Source: Paludibacteraceae bacterium (GTDB lineage: Bacteria; Bacteroidota; Bacteroidia; Bacteroidales; Paludibacteraceae). From it: DNA of 64,000 nt. The translations under genes and the position numbers were made by a program. The stretch is from NCBI GenBank assembly GCA_045629285.1, contig JAZQQY010000038.1, positions 691 to 64,690 on the forward strand. Direction: 5' to 3'. Numbering within the stretch: the stretch's first letter is position 1; every line of letters starts with the position of its first letter. The notes under the pieces were generated by a model. The model made no database searches. It worked only from the letters and a program-made list of their open reading frames with translations, and was not told the origin of the DNA. This document shows, one piece after another, positions 20,100-29,503 of this stretch.

Positions 20100-21425
20100 T
20101 TGGTCAGGAAATTTATTACATATTGTGTGGTTCTGTTTTTGAACGTTGCTGTGGCGGCGGCTCAAAAAAGCGGTGGATTCAGTGACTTTTTGGATTCAAC
20201 GAAAATCACATTTTATTTCCAGGTAGGTTCCTCAGCAATTGATCTTTATTATTCAAGTAATAGCGCAATGCTTGATAAATTGCGTTCTGTGTCCGAACAA
20301 AGAAGATCAGATTCCATTTATGTGCCACGAGTTGATGTTTTCTCTGGTGTTTCTCCAGAAGGATCGGATGAGGCAAACTCAAATGTGAGATGGAAGCGTT
20401 TGGACAACTCTATTAATTTTCTAAAAAGATATTTCGATCTTCCTAGATATAATGAGAACCATTTCGACGCGAAAGTGACTATTCCTCAGATTTGGGAAAA
20501 CCTTTCTAAAGAGGTGAGTCGATCTGATATCGCTAACAAAGAGAGAGTTCTTCAATGTATTAATGGTGGAGGCGATGTCCCGGCTAAGCTTAAGGCAATT
20601 GATAAGAGCGGTGCGACGTGGAATGAGATTTCACAGAAGTATTTCCCTCAATTGCGTCGATGCGAGGTTGTGGTCTATTTCAAGAAGAGAGAGGCTCCGA
20701 AAGCTTTCCCTACAATGGATCAACCTTTGCCAGAGGATGAAGATGAGGTGTTTGTTTATGTGAGAAAACCTCATGACGAGCTTTCTTCAATGACTCCATT
20801 GAAGGTGTCGAAGGCACAGGCAGAGAGATTGAAGAAACGTCAGACGATTACTGAGTATCATCCGATGTTCGCAGTCAACTCAAATCTATTCTACGACGGA
20901 ATAGGAGCTCCGAATTTTGGCCTTGAGTTGCCAATCGGAAAATTGAGTTTCAATGTCTCTTATGTTTTCCCTTGGTATTCGGCTAAGAAAGACAATTGGT
21001 GTTACCAGCTCAACTATTGGGAGCTAGAAGGAAAGTATTGGCTTGGCGACAGAGAATATGCACCTAAGCTTACAGGATACGCCATAGGATTGTATGCTGG
21101 AGTGGGATACTACGACTTCGAGTTCAAGTCGAAAGGATATCAAGGTGAGATATGTGTGAATGCTGGAGCGTCTTTTCATTACGCTAAGCAATTCGGAAAA
21201 GAGAAACGATGGAGATTGCAGTTTGGTGGCGGTGTCGGAATGATGCGTACCAACTACAGCTACTATGAACATAGGTATGGCCATTTGGTGTGGAAGCGCG
21301 ACGGACGCTACACATGGTTCGGACCTACAAAACTTGACATTAACCTAGGATACTTGCTTCACAGAAAGGTGGAGAAGCCAAGTAACCTAATTATAGAGGA
21401 AGGAGGTGGCAATGCTACGAAATAG
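20100..21425 (+). CDS. pilus-locus outer-membrane protein (DUF3868/DUF3575-like)
   Basis: Signal peptide VRKFITYCVVLFLNVAVAAAQ. The C-terminal half FAVNSNLFYDGIGAPNFGLELPIG...WELEGKYW is barrel-like. An in-frame TAA at 20094..20096 and the absence of an ATG before the signal peptide imply a TTG (20100) start. Confidence 0.55.
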   Translation: MVRKFITYCVVLFLNVAVAAAQKSGGFSDFLDSTKITFYFQVGSSAIDLYYSSNSAMLDKLRSVSEQRRSDSIYVPRVDVFSGVSPEGSDEANSNVRWKRLDNSINFLKRYFDLPRYNENHFDAKVTIPQIWENLSKEVSRSDIANKERVLQCINGGGDVPAKLKAIDKSGATWNEISQKYFPQLRRCEVVVYFKKREAPKAFPTMDQPLPEDEDEVFVYVRKPHDELSSMTPLKVSKAQAERLKKRQTITEYHPMFAVNSNLFYDGIGAPNFGLELPIGKLSFNVSYVFPWYSAKKDNWCYQLNYWELEGKYWLGDREYAPKLTGYAIGLYAGVGYYDFEFKSKGYQGEICVNAGASFHYAKQFGKEKRWRLQFGGGVGMMRTNYSYYEHRYGHLVWKRDGRYTWFGPTKLDINLGYLLHRKVEKPSNLIIEEGGGNATK

Positions 21426-22512
21426 CGTTTCGGCGGTGTTGGGAATCCTTCTGATGTTGATTGCCACATCTTGCGACAGACGTCAGCTTTGGGACGAGTG
21501 GGACACTCTGGTGCCAATAGACATTAACGTCAACTGGAGTCAGAGCCGCTGGGCCGAATTCGACGAGGGTGCTGCTCCTACAGGAATGTCTATTTATGCC
21601 TACGATCAGATGGGCAAGCAGCAGAATGTAGTGAAGGTGACAAACGATCTTGAACATGTTGAGCTTAAGCTATACGACGGTGATTGGAACGTGTTTGTGT
21701 TCAACCAGTCTATTATGGAATACGCGTCGCTCCAGTTTAGAGGAATGGATAAATACGCGTCGGCACAGATCGAGACAATTCCTCAATCATCACGATGGTT
21801 CGCAGCCTCACGTGCTGAATGGGTGACACGTTCGAACTCTCCTTGGGCGGTGCAGACTCGTGCTACTCGAGCTCAAGCCACAAGAGACGGAACGCGTGCC
21901 GACGAATACTCACTCACAACAAAGCAGCCAATCTGGTTTGCCAGCGACTGCCACGAGGGTGTGATTATCGACGAGGACAAGATCATAAGAGATTTTACAC
22001 CACACACTCGTTTCGACAACGGTATATTCTATACTAAGTCGGCGATCATCAAGATGGGAGTGAAGGTTCATTTCAAAGGATTCGCAAACCTTTACACTGT
22101 AAGATCTGTAATAAGTGGTGTAGCAAAATCCTACAACATCAGCAAGATGCATTCTCAATATGAGATGACAGCGCATGAGTTGACAGGATGGGAAAGCAAA
22201 GCAGAGACAGATAGCACAGGATATGTGGAGACATCATTCCAGACATTCGGCTTGATAGATGGCTATTCTTATCAGCCGGAAGAGCTTTATCTTCATTTGG
22301 ATGTGATGCTTCGCGACGGTGAGACAGTTATGACCTACGATTTGCCAGTGGGCGGTTTGGTCAAAGAGACAGAAGACAAAGATTTAGATTTGATCATAGA
22401 GATTAAGGATCCGCTTGAACTTCCAGACGTGGAGGTGAACGAAACAGGTAACGGATTCGAAATCACGGTGAGTGATTGGGAGGATGAGATCAATATCGAC
22501 ATCGATTTGTAA
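21412..22512 (+). CDS. fimbrial lipoprotein, anchor-class candidate (FimB/Mfa2 or DUF5119-like)
   Basis: Lipobox LIATSCDRRQLWDEWDTLVPIDINVNW. Overlaps the upstream gene by 14 nt. ATG 21412 is preferred over the track's GTG 21406. Confidence 0.5.
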   Translation: MLRNSVSAVLGILLMLIATSCDRRQLWDEWDTLVPIDINVNWSQSRWAEFDEGAAPTGMSIYAYDQMGKQQNVVKVTNDLEHVELKLYDGDWNVFVFNQSIMEYASLQFRGMDKYASAQIETIPQSSRWFAASRAEWVTRSNSPWAVQTRATRAQATRDGTRADEYSLTTKQPIWFASDCHEGVIIDEDKIIRDFTPHTRFDNGIFYTKSAIIKMGVKVHFKGFANLYTVRSVISGVAKSYNISKMHSQYEMTAHELTGWESKAETDSTGYVETSFQTFGLIDGYSYQPEELYLHLDVMLRDGETVMTYDLPVGGLVKETEDKDLDLIIEIKDPLELPDVEVNETGNGFEITVSDWEDEINIDIDL

Positions 22513-22553
22513 AAAAGAAACAAAAGGAAAAAACAATTAAAAAATTTATTAAC

Positions 22554-23933
22554 ATGAAAAAAGTTTTCTTTTTCGCACTTGCAAGCTTAGCTCTTGCATC
22601 GTGTTCTCAGGACGAAGAGTTCGCTCCAGAGAAGTCTAGTTCTAAGGGTGGTTCTAACAGAGCTAACACAGAGGCTTTGAGTTTCTCTACTTACACAGCT
22701 GGTGGTACTCGTGCTACAGATGTTACTTCTGCTGAGGTTATAGCTTCTGGTTTCAAGGTATCTGCTTGGTATGATGGTAAGAAGTTCTTCGATGATAACG
22801 CTTTGTATGAGAACGGTGCTGTAGCTGATGGTACAGTTATCGATGAAGCTTTTGATACAGTGGAGGATACTTACTGGTGGCCACGTCTATCAACAACTGA
22901 CACAATCCGTTTCCGTGCATTCAACAATCTAACAGTTCCTGCTAAGTGGTTGAATGATTCTTGCCAGAAGGTTATGTATAAGATTCAGGAGACTGCTGAG
23001 GCTCAGGAGGATTTGGTAATCGCTTTTGCTGAGGCTTCAGAAAAGCCAGAAGAGGGAGTTCAGCCATTGAACTTTACTCACGCTCTTTCTAAGGTAAACT
23101 TCTCATTTGTAGGTGATAATCCTAAATACAAGTACACAATTAATAAGGTAGAGGTTATCGCTGCTGGTGAACTTGCATCTAATACAGCAAATGACAAGAT
23201 GCCTATCTTATCATTTGCTGAGACTACAGAGTTGGGTGCTAATGGCACAGATGATGGTGATCAACCAAATGGTGTTCAGGCTGATAAGGCATCTTGGGAG
23301 TACACAGCGATTAATGGTAAAGATGCTTTGGTAAATGGTGAGGGTGCAAATCAGGGTGTTCTATACACTTATTATTCAGATGCAGTAGGTGTTTCTAATA
23401 AACTAGCTGATAATTCAGATCCTACAAACCCAGTAGCAGCAGATACTAAGATTGAAATGGAAGATCAGAACTTCATGCTACTTCCTCAGTCTGATTCAAT
23501 CGCAATCCGTGTTTACTATAAGGTTGAGGATAAGAATGGTAAGTTGATCGGTAACTGTGGTTATGAATTGACAGATGAATTCGGACGTCATGAAAGAATG
23601 GATGATTTCGACGCTTCTACAGCTATCTATGGTTGCAAGACTGTAGTCGTTAAGCTTGGTACTAATGATTATATTGGAGGAACAGAAACAATTCCTGCAT
23701 GGGAGGCTGGAAAGGCATACCGTTTCACTATGACATTGCCTACAGTTAACTTCATTGGTGATAGAGACGAGGATGGTGTAGCTGATGGACTAGAAAATGG
23801 TATCGACTTGGATGGTGACTTGGATGGAAACGATTCAGAGTTCGATGAGTTGACTCCAATCAGATTCTCTGTAACAGTTTCTAACTGGGAGGAGACAGAG
23901 CTTAACTCTAACATCACAATCAAGACTTATTAA
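22554..23933 (+). CDS. fimbrillin (type V pilin), probable major subunit
   Basis: Lipobox LALASCSQDE, then ...NRANTEALSFSTYTAGGTRA (pilin pro-region pattern). Codons are strongly T-ending (GCT GGT TCT ACT GTT), suggesting high expression. Contains a C-terminal acidic DxDxDG insert. Confidence 0.7.
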   Translation: MKKVFFFALASLALASCSQDEEFAPEKSSSKGGSNRANTEALSFSTYTAGGTRATDVTSAEVIASGFKVSAWYDGKKFFDDNALYENGAVADGTVIDEAFDTVEDTYWWPRLSTTDTIRFRAFNNLTVPAKWLNDSCQKVMYKIQETAEAQEDLVIAFAEASEKPEEGVQPLNFTHALSKVNFSFVGDNPKYKYTINKVEVIAAGELASNTANDKMPILSFAETTELGANGTDDGDQPNGVQADKASWEYTAINGKDALVNGEGANQGVLYTYYSDAVGVSNKLADNSDPTNPVAADTKIEMEDQNFMLLPQSDSIAIRVYYKVEDKNGKLIGNCGYELTDEFGRHERMDDFDASTAIYGCKTVVVKLGTNDYIGGTETIPAWEAGKAYRFTMTLPTVNFIGDRDEDGVADGLENGIDLDGDLDGNDSEFDELTPIRFSVTVSNWEETELNSNITIKTY

Positions 23934-23958
23934 TCAAATAATAAGATATTATTCGGCG

Positions 23959-23978
23959 AAGGTGCAAACTGCACCTTT
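23959..23978 (+). terminator. hairpin after the pilin gene (weak terminator)
   Basis: AAGGTGCA / TGCACCTT 8-bp stem with only a short T tract. Confidence 0.4.
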
Positions 23979-24009
23979 GCTGAATATATTTAATAACGTT
24001 AACAAAATT

Positions 24010-24035
24010 GGTTATAGAAGTGAGATTCTATAACC
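24010..24035. other. perfect 10-bp stem-loop in the inter-pilin spacer
   Basis: GGTTATAGAA gtgaga TTCTATAACC. Confidence 0.5.
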
Positions 24036-24225
24036 AGTCTATTTAAGCGATCTTTAATACAATGCATAGTTCATAATGCATAATTCATAATTGGCGAACA
24101 CGCTCGTAGAGACGCACGGACGTGCGTGTAAATCAATTAATTCGTCCCCGAAGGGGGACACACAACCAAAGGTTAACGTAATCGATTGCTTTTTGCGAAA
24201 CAAAATGCTGTCGGAAAAAAGAGAA

Positions 24226-25569
24226 ATGATGAGAACTGTACGATTCAACATGTTTAAATTAAGCTGGCTGGCAATTTCATTGTCGGCATTGTTTGCGTCG
24301 TGCAAGGAAGATGTGGAGGAGGATGTCGTAGCGGAAAAGAGGAATGCAAATAGCAGTGTTATCTCTTTCTCCACATATACGGCTGGAGCAACACGTGCTA
24401 ACGATGTTACAATAGCTGACTTTTTAAGTAAACAAAATAGCGGAATAGCATTCAAAGTTTCGGCTTGGAAAGCTAATTCAACCGATTATTTCTTCATGGC
24501 TGATACCCGTAATAATATAGGCACTGCAGATGGCAAATTGGAAAAAGAAAATGGTATTTTCGATACAATGGATCAAACTTACTATTGGCCGTTGTCAAGT
24601 GGTGATTATCCAATCAGTTTCTATGCATTTAATGATGGTGTAAGAGCAAGTTGGAATAATTCAAAAACACCTAAAGAAGTATCATTTTCGGTTCAGAATA
24701 CTGCTGCTAATAACTACGATTTGGTCGTTGCATATGCAAGAGCAGAGGAGAAGCCGGAGAATGGAGTGTTACCATTGAACTTTATCCATGCTCTTTCAAA
24801 AGTGAATTTTTCATTTGTAGGAGCGGACGAAGATCTCTATATATACACTGTCAACAAAGTGGAGATTATCTCTGCAGGTTCGAAGGGAGTGGTTTCGTTT
24901 AAGAAGTCAACAGAGGTAGGATCGAGTGCCAAGCCATCACAGATGATAGCGTGGAATTATACACAAATAAATGATATATCATTTTCAAAACCTTTGGTAA
25001 AAGCCACTGGTGCCGGTCAAGGATTCCTTTGCAAATACTATGATAAAGCTGCTGGTTTTACCACTGGAGGCCAGGATGCTGTAAGAAATGAAAATTGCCG
25101 ATTGATTCCCCAGAAAGGTAAGATAGCCATACGTGTATATTACAAAGTAGAATACAAGGATTCCAAGAAGTTGAAAGGAAATTGTGGTTTCTATGAGACA
25201 GACAGAGAAGGAAATCATAATGTGATGCTTGATTCGGATGGTAAGGTTGTCACTTCTGGAGGTATAAATAAGTATACATCAGGAGGTATAAAAGGATGTA
25301 AGACGTTGGTTGTCGATTTAGGAAAGGATGTTCCGGAGTGGGAGCCAAGCAAGGCATACCGTTTTACTTTGACATTGCCAACAGCAAGTTTCAGAGGAGA
25401 CTTTAGTGGAGATGGTGTCGCTGACGACAGAGATGAGTTTGGCAAGGATTCGGATGGCGACGGTGATGACGATGTATCTGAGTTCAAATCATCAAATCCT
25501 ATATTGTTCTCAGTAAAGGTTAACCCATGGGCATCTGTAGAAGCCAGCGGTAACATTACAATCAATTAA
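24226..25569 (+). CDS. fimbrillin paralogue (type V pilin)
   Basis: MMRTVRFNMFKLSWLAISLSALFASCKED lipoprotein signal. It is collinear with the 22554 pilin (SFSTYTAGATRA, LNFxHALSKVNFSFVG, IAIRVYYKVE, KAYRFT(M/L)TLPT). The start is uncertain among ATG 24205, 24226 and 24250. The track's 24091 start is an extension. Confidence 0.7.
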   Translation: MMRTVRFNMFKLSWLAISLSALFASCKEDVEEDVVAEKRNANSSVISFSTYTAGATRANDVTIADFLSKQNSGIAFKVSAWKANSTDYFFMADTRNNIGTADGKLEKENGIFDTMDQTYYWPLSSGDYPISFYAFNDGVRASWNNSKTPKEVSFSVQNTAANNYDLVVAYARAEEKPENGVLPLNFIHALSKVNFSFVGADEDLYIYTVNKVEIISAGSKGVVSFKKSTEVGSSAKPSQMIAWNYTQINDISFSKPLVKATGAGQGFLCKYYDKAAGFTTGGQDAVRNENCRLIPQKGKIAIRVYYKVEYKDSKKLKGNCGFYETDREGNHNVMLDSDGKVVTSGGINKYTSGGIKGCKTLVVDLGKDVPEWEPSKAYRFTLTLPTASFRGDFSGDGVADDRDEFGKDSDGDGDDDVSEFKSSNPILFSVKVNPWASVEASGNITIN

Positions 25570-25610
25570 TTCAATTATTAACCGTTAATTATTAATTGTT
25601 AATTAGAAAG

Positions 25611-26957
25611 ATGGACGTACGACTACATAACATAACAATCAAATGTATGCTGGCAATGACGTTGCCGGCTTTGTTTGCGTCGTGCAAAGACGAGATAGAG
25701 GAGCCAGTACAAGCGTCGTCTTCAAAAGGAAGTGCGATTACTTTTAAGCCTTATCAGGATGGATTCCAAAAACCAGTGACCAGAGCTCTTGTTGATAGTG
25801 TGGGAGATTTGAATAATGTCTATGTGCTTTCAATGAGACATGATCAGACTCATATGCTAAATGGGGATTTTCATCCCGATTATTGGGAACAGGTGTTTAG
25901 AGACAACGCTTTGAATAAAGGGATCAACGTCTTGACTCTTAGTAATAACGGTCACACAAATGATGTGGGAATATGGGATTATACAGGATCCTCTCCACTT
26001 GAGGATTGGGAGGATGGCTATTTCTATAAATTTAGAGCCTACTACCCAAACACCTTTAATACTGCAGAAGGAGAGTCGTGTGCCAATGGATTTGAATATA
26101 ACACTGTAGGAGGTATTCCAACTGGATCAACGGCTTTGATGCTCAACGACTATAGGTCTGCTTCGGATCCAAGAAATAACACGGATATGCTTGTGTCAAA
26201 TGAGGAGACGAGAGCCTATTCCGACGCCCTTTGGAACGACGAGGCGGTGGAATTGAAGATGAACCATATCTTGTCATGCGTCAACTTCAACATCAAGAAG
26301 AAAGAGGGAACAAAGCTAACAATCACTTCATTCAAGATAAAGGATTATGTTTCAAAAGCTTCTTATGATGGAAGCGATTGGAAATACGCGCAACAGGAGT
26401 ATAGTGGGGCAAATGTAGGGAATATCTTAAATGATTTCGACTTTTATAATATGGATGGATCTCCATTGGCGGTAGGAAATGGAGATCTACATGGCAATGG
26501 AAACGGCAACAAGTTGAAGGATAAGGAATTTTATGTTGAGTATAAAGGCGGTTCGGGAGGAAATGTGACATTATCTACATATTCAGCTGAACTTTCTGAT
26601 GTCAGCAAAAGCACTATACCAACCACTACGACGTTGCTTGAGAATTATTGCACAGGGTTGCTTATGATACCTCAGACCTTGTCTGGCAAAAGCGAGGTGA
26701 TTAAAATTGAGCTTGGAAATACAATAAAAGAGGCTCAGATTAATCATAATGTCCAGGCAGAGATCAAATTCTATTTTGATGAAGCGTCTGCAACAGTTCT
26801 TACAGCAAGAATTGATTTGACAGCAAATGGAAAAATTCCTGCGTGGGAACCAGGTGTGAAATATACATACACTATTGGAGTTTTTGAATATCAAGTGGCA
26901 GTAAACATTGATGTGGAAGCTTGGCAGAAACATGCTTATGAGGAGGAGTTGAAATGA
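25611..26957 (+). CDS. fimbrillin-family lipoprotein (accessory pilin candidate)
   Basis: MDVRLHNITIKCMLAMTLPALFASCKDE lipobox. Contains LKMNHILSCVNFNI (compare LNFTHALSKVNFSF in the pilins). Confidence 0.6.
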   Translation: MDVRLHNITIKCMLAMTLPALFASCKDEIEEPVQASSSKGSAITFKPYQDGFQKPVTRALVDSVGDLNNVYVLSMRHDQTHMLNGDFHPDYWEQVFRDNALNKGINVLTLSNNGHTNDVGIWDYTGSSPLEDWEDGYFYKFRAYYPNTFNTAEGESCANGFEYNTVGGIPTGSTALMLNDYRSASDPRNNTDMLVSNEETRAYSDALWNDEAVELKMNHILSCVNFNIKKKEGTKLTITSFKIKDYVSKASYDGSDWKYAQQEYSGANVGNILNDFDFYNMDGSPLAVGNGDLHGNGNGNKLKDKEFYVEYKGGSGGNVTLSTYSAELSDVSKSTIPTTTTLLENYCTGLLMIPQTLSGKSEVIKIELGNTIKEAQINHNVQAEIKFYFDEASATVLTARIDLTANGKIPAWEPGVKYTYTIGVFEYQVAVNIDVEAWQKHAYEEELK

Positions 26958-28777
26958 AAAAAGTTAAATATATATACAAGTTTTTTATAGTATTACTATT
27001 CGGATTATTCTCATTTGCTTGCAGCGACGACGATATTGAACAGGGAGATGAGAATGAGTTGTCAGAGTATAGTGGGGAACCAATACAGACATCATTCAAG
27101 GTGTGTGTCTCGGCTCCTGATGTTAGTGTGGATGTAGACGGGGTTACTCGTGCAGGGGATAATGCTAATATTGACTATGCTATGCCAGAGAATGGAGGTC
27201 GATTCCAGAATATTGTGATTCTTGTCACAGACAATAGTAATAAAGTTTATGGTCTACATTGCAATAAGTGGTATGATACCAAAGATGATCCTACATCCTT
27301 TGGTATGAAAGATTATGAGTATATATTTCCAGACATGAAAATTAACGATACGAAAGCTAAGGTATATGTGTTTGGAAATGTGAGTGCAGATGTGTATGAG
27401 ACAATTTGTGGTTATAAACCTAATGAAAATCCTACATATTTGTCAAGAGCTCATATGAATGAAATAAACCTATTAGTCAATACTCATAATATAAGTGTAG
27501 AAGAGAAAAACCTTTATAATATCAGATTTAAGCCAAAGGAAGGAAATTTTAAGGTAGGAGATACAGAAGTCACTACTTATTGTACAGGTATGCCAGTAAA
27601 TGCAATGGCAACATCCGATGTGAAAAAAGGATCTACAGTTTTTAATGTTCATATGAAGCGTGTCTGCGCAAGATTGCAGGTGACATTCAGAAATTTTACG
27701 GGAAAGACTGATTACGATGATACATATTATGGTATTGGTTCAAAAGGAAACAGAGTGTATGTAGATAATTTTGTGTTGAAGAAAGCACTTGCTACCAGCA
27801 CAAAATATTTTTATAATGGTACTGCTCCTTCTTCAGCTACTGTTGACTTTGATATTTTAGCCGCATTAGGTGGAACTAACAATCATGAATGCAATATGAT
27901 TGAAAATGGAGAAAGTAAAACTGTATCTCTATATGTGTTTGAGTCGGTAGGAAACCAATCAAAGACAGTAACAGTGGATAAGAAAACCCAAGTGACTACA
28001 AAATATTACACTTATGATTTGAAAGTAGATAGAGGCAAGAGTTTGGGACAACAGGTTCAAGAACTTCAAGACGACAATGTCTATGTAATGTGGAGTGATA
28101 ATCTGGACCCTAAAGGGAATGGCTTGTTTGCTGGGGATTATCATAACACATTTAATCGTTGTCTAGGTGCTGATGATAATAATATAGTTTACAATGATTT
28201 GAGGATGGACAGTCCTGATAAAATACCATATGGAACATATACGGATGCTAATAAATATGGAAACAGAGTTTTTTGGCATTATAATGACGGAAGATTCCAA
28301 AGTTGTAAAGTGAATTTAAATACAGATGAATGTGAATTGACGAAAAAATATATAGGGGAAAAAACGGCAAGTATCTTTAATCAGCCTGCTTATGAAACGA
28401 AATTACAAAATAGTGGTCATTCGTTTACCATATCACCACAATACTTTGATGGGTTTAATCGAATAGCTTTGAAAGTAGCTGGAAGTTCTTATATGATGAT
28501 ATCAAATGATATTCTAAAAGCAAGATATATTTCTGGCATAACTACTCCTACTAAATCAACTAACCCCTGGGTATTTTTTGCCAAATACATCATCAAGAAT
28601 GGAGAGGCATTCTCTACTGGCACTGGAACAAGCAAGACAGATATCCAACAAATTGAGCGCAATGGCAGTTACGAGCTAGATTTCTCTGTGATGCCAAACT
28701 ACGATACAAAGCAGGAGTTGCTTGTGAATTGTGTGAGAAAGCAGAGTGAGATCTCTTGGAGTGAGACGCAGAAGTAG
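26954..28777 (+). CDS. large pilus-associated lipoprotein (tip/adhesin candidate)
   Basis: ATGA overlap with the upstream gene. Lipobox LFSFACSDDD. 607 aa. MKRVCARLQVTFRN resembles the pilin core strand. Confidence 0.5.
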   Translation: MKKVKYIYKFFIVLLFGLFSFACSDDDIEQGDENELSEYSGEPIQTSFKVCVSAPDVSVDVDGVTRAGDNANIDYAMPENGGRFQNIVILVTDNSNKVYGLHCNKWYDTKDDPTSFGMKDYEYIFPDMKINDTKAKVYVFGNVSADVYETICGYKPNENPTYLSRAHMNEINLLVNTHNISVEEKNLYNIRFKPKEGNFKVGDTEVTTYCTGMPVNAMATSDVKKGSTVFNVHMKRVCARLQVTFRNFTGKTDYDDTYYGIGSKGNRVYVDNFVLKKALATSTKYFYNGTAPSSATVDFDILAALGGTNNHECNMIENGESKTVSLYVFESVGNQSKTVTVDKKTQVTTKYYTYDLKVDRGKSLGQQVQELQDDNVYVMWSDNLDPKGNGLFAGDYHNTFNRCLGADDNNIVYNDLRMDSPDKIPYGTYTDANKYGNRVFWHYNDGRFQSCKVNLNTDECELTKKYIGEKTASIFNQPAYETKLQNSGHSFTISPQYFDGFNRIALKVAGSSYMMISNDILKARYISGITTPTKSTNPWVFFAKYIIKNGEAFSTGTGTSKTDIQQIERNGSYELDFSVMPNYDTKQELLVNCVRKQSEISWSETQK

Positions 28778-28826
28778 CTTAGAGCTTAGAGTTGAGAGCT
28801 TAGAGAAAAGAGGTTAGAGAAAAGAG
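28778..28826. repeat. seven tandem heptanucleotide units (consensus CTTAGAG)
   Basis: CTTAGAG CTTAGAG TTGAGAG CTTAGAG AAAAGAG GTTAGAG AAAAGAG, beginning immediately after the TAG stop at 28775..28777. Confidence 0.85.
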
Positions 28827-28869
28827 AATGACTACTATGATGAATAGGTAGGGATTACATTAAATATAT

Positions 28870-28877
28870 TATCTTTG
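28870..28877 (+). promoter_or_regulatory. -7 promoter motif upstream of the toxin-antitoxin relic
   Basis: TATCTTTG matches TAnnTTTG, 17 nt before ATG 28894. Confidence 0.4.
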
Positions 28878-28893
28878 TAAAAAAAAAAGAGAT

Positions 28894-29067
28894 ATGACGA
28901 AAGGTGTTCCAACAAGACCAGAGGTGATAATTACAGGTTTGACAGTCTCTCTTCAAATGAGTAAAGCTCGAGAAATCCTTAATAGCCAAGTGATTCCTCG
29001 TAGTGAAGTTTATGCTATTCGCAAAAAGGAAGGGCGTCTATCAAATTCAAAAGTTAAGGGTTACTAA
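28894..29067 (+). CDS. 57-aa antitoxin-like small protein (below the track's size cutoff)
   Basis: My translation: MTKGVPTRPEVIITGLTVSLQMSKAREILNSQVIPRSEVYAIRKKEGRLSNSKVKGY*. Its stop overlaps the next ATG (TAATG), which is typical toxin-antitoxin coupling. Confidence 0.45.
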   Translation: MTKGVPTRPEVIITGLTVSLQMSKAREILNSQVIPRSEVYAIRKKEGRLSNSKVKGY

Positions 29068-29492
29068 TGGCAGAATTGACTATAATTGCAGGTTGTAACG
29101 GATCGGGGAAGTCAACATTTGCACCGTCTTTTTTGAAGGAGGGTGTTTCTTCTTTTGATTACGACAAACTTTATTTGCAATTATATTCGTCTCTTTACGA
29201 TTCTGAATTTAGAGAGGACATGGCAAGGAACATGACCTCTGAGATATGATGTGAGTTCAAAGGTCACTTTGTCGATGATGAAACGATAGATTTGAAGTGG
29301 AAAGCAGGCTATAAAAATCTAAATGCTCATTATTCGTATTTTGATAGAATTTTATTTGTCGATAATTCTGTCGATAATGAAGTTTATACTAATTTATTGC
29401 AAATAGAAAATGGTCGAGCATATTGTATGGGAATATTGCCAGAATATTTTTCTCGTCGTTTTCCAGATGTGATAAAATTATTAGATAAATAA
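29067..29492 (+). pseudogene. zeta-toxin/AAA-type P-loop kinase toxin gene, inactivated
   Basis: The N-terminus MAELTIIAGCNGSGKSTFAP carries a Walker A motif. Track ORFs 29067..29249 and 29292..29492 are in the same frame, separated by an in-frame TGA at 29250..29252. The total of 142 codons is shorter than I recall for this family, so an internal deletion is likely between ...NMTSEI and GHFVDDETIDLKWKAGYKNL. Confidence 0.6.
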
Positions 29493-29503
29493 GGAGAAAA
29501 ACT

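Noticed and set aside
20400-20412. TTTGGACAACTC match to the end of the MITE-like repeat, and AAATGAGGATT at 19866
   Set aside because: These are short 11-13 nt matches. One lies inside a coding region and neither has the rest of the element, so they are likely chance.
29250-29252. In-frame TGA in the zeta-toxin gene as selenocysteine or programmed read-through
   Set aside because: No SECIS-like hairpin follows. The gene also appears internally deleted, so simple inactivation is more likely.
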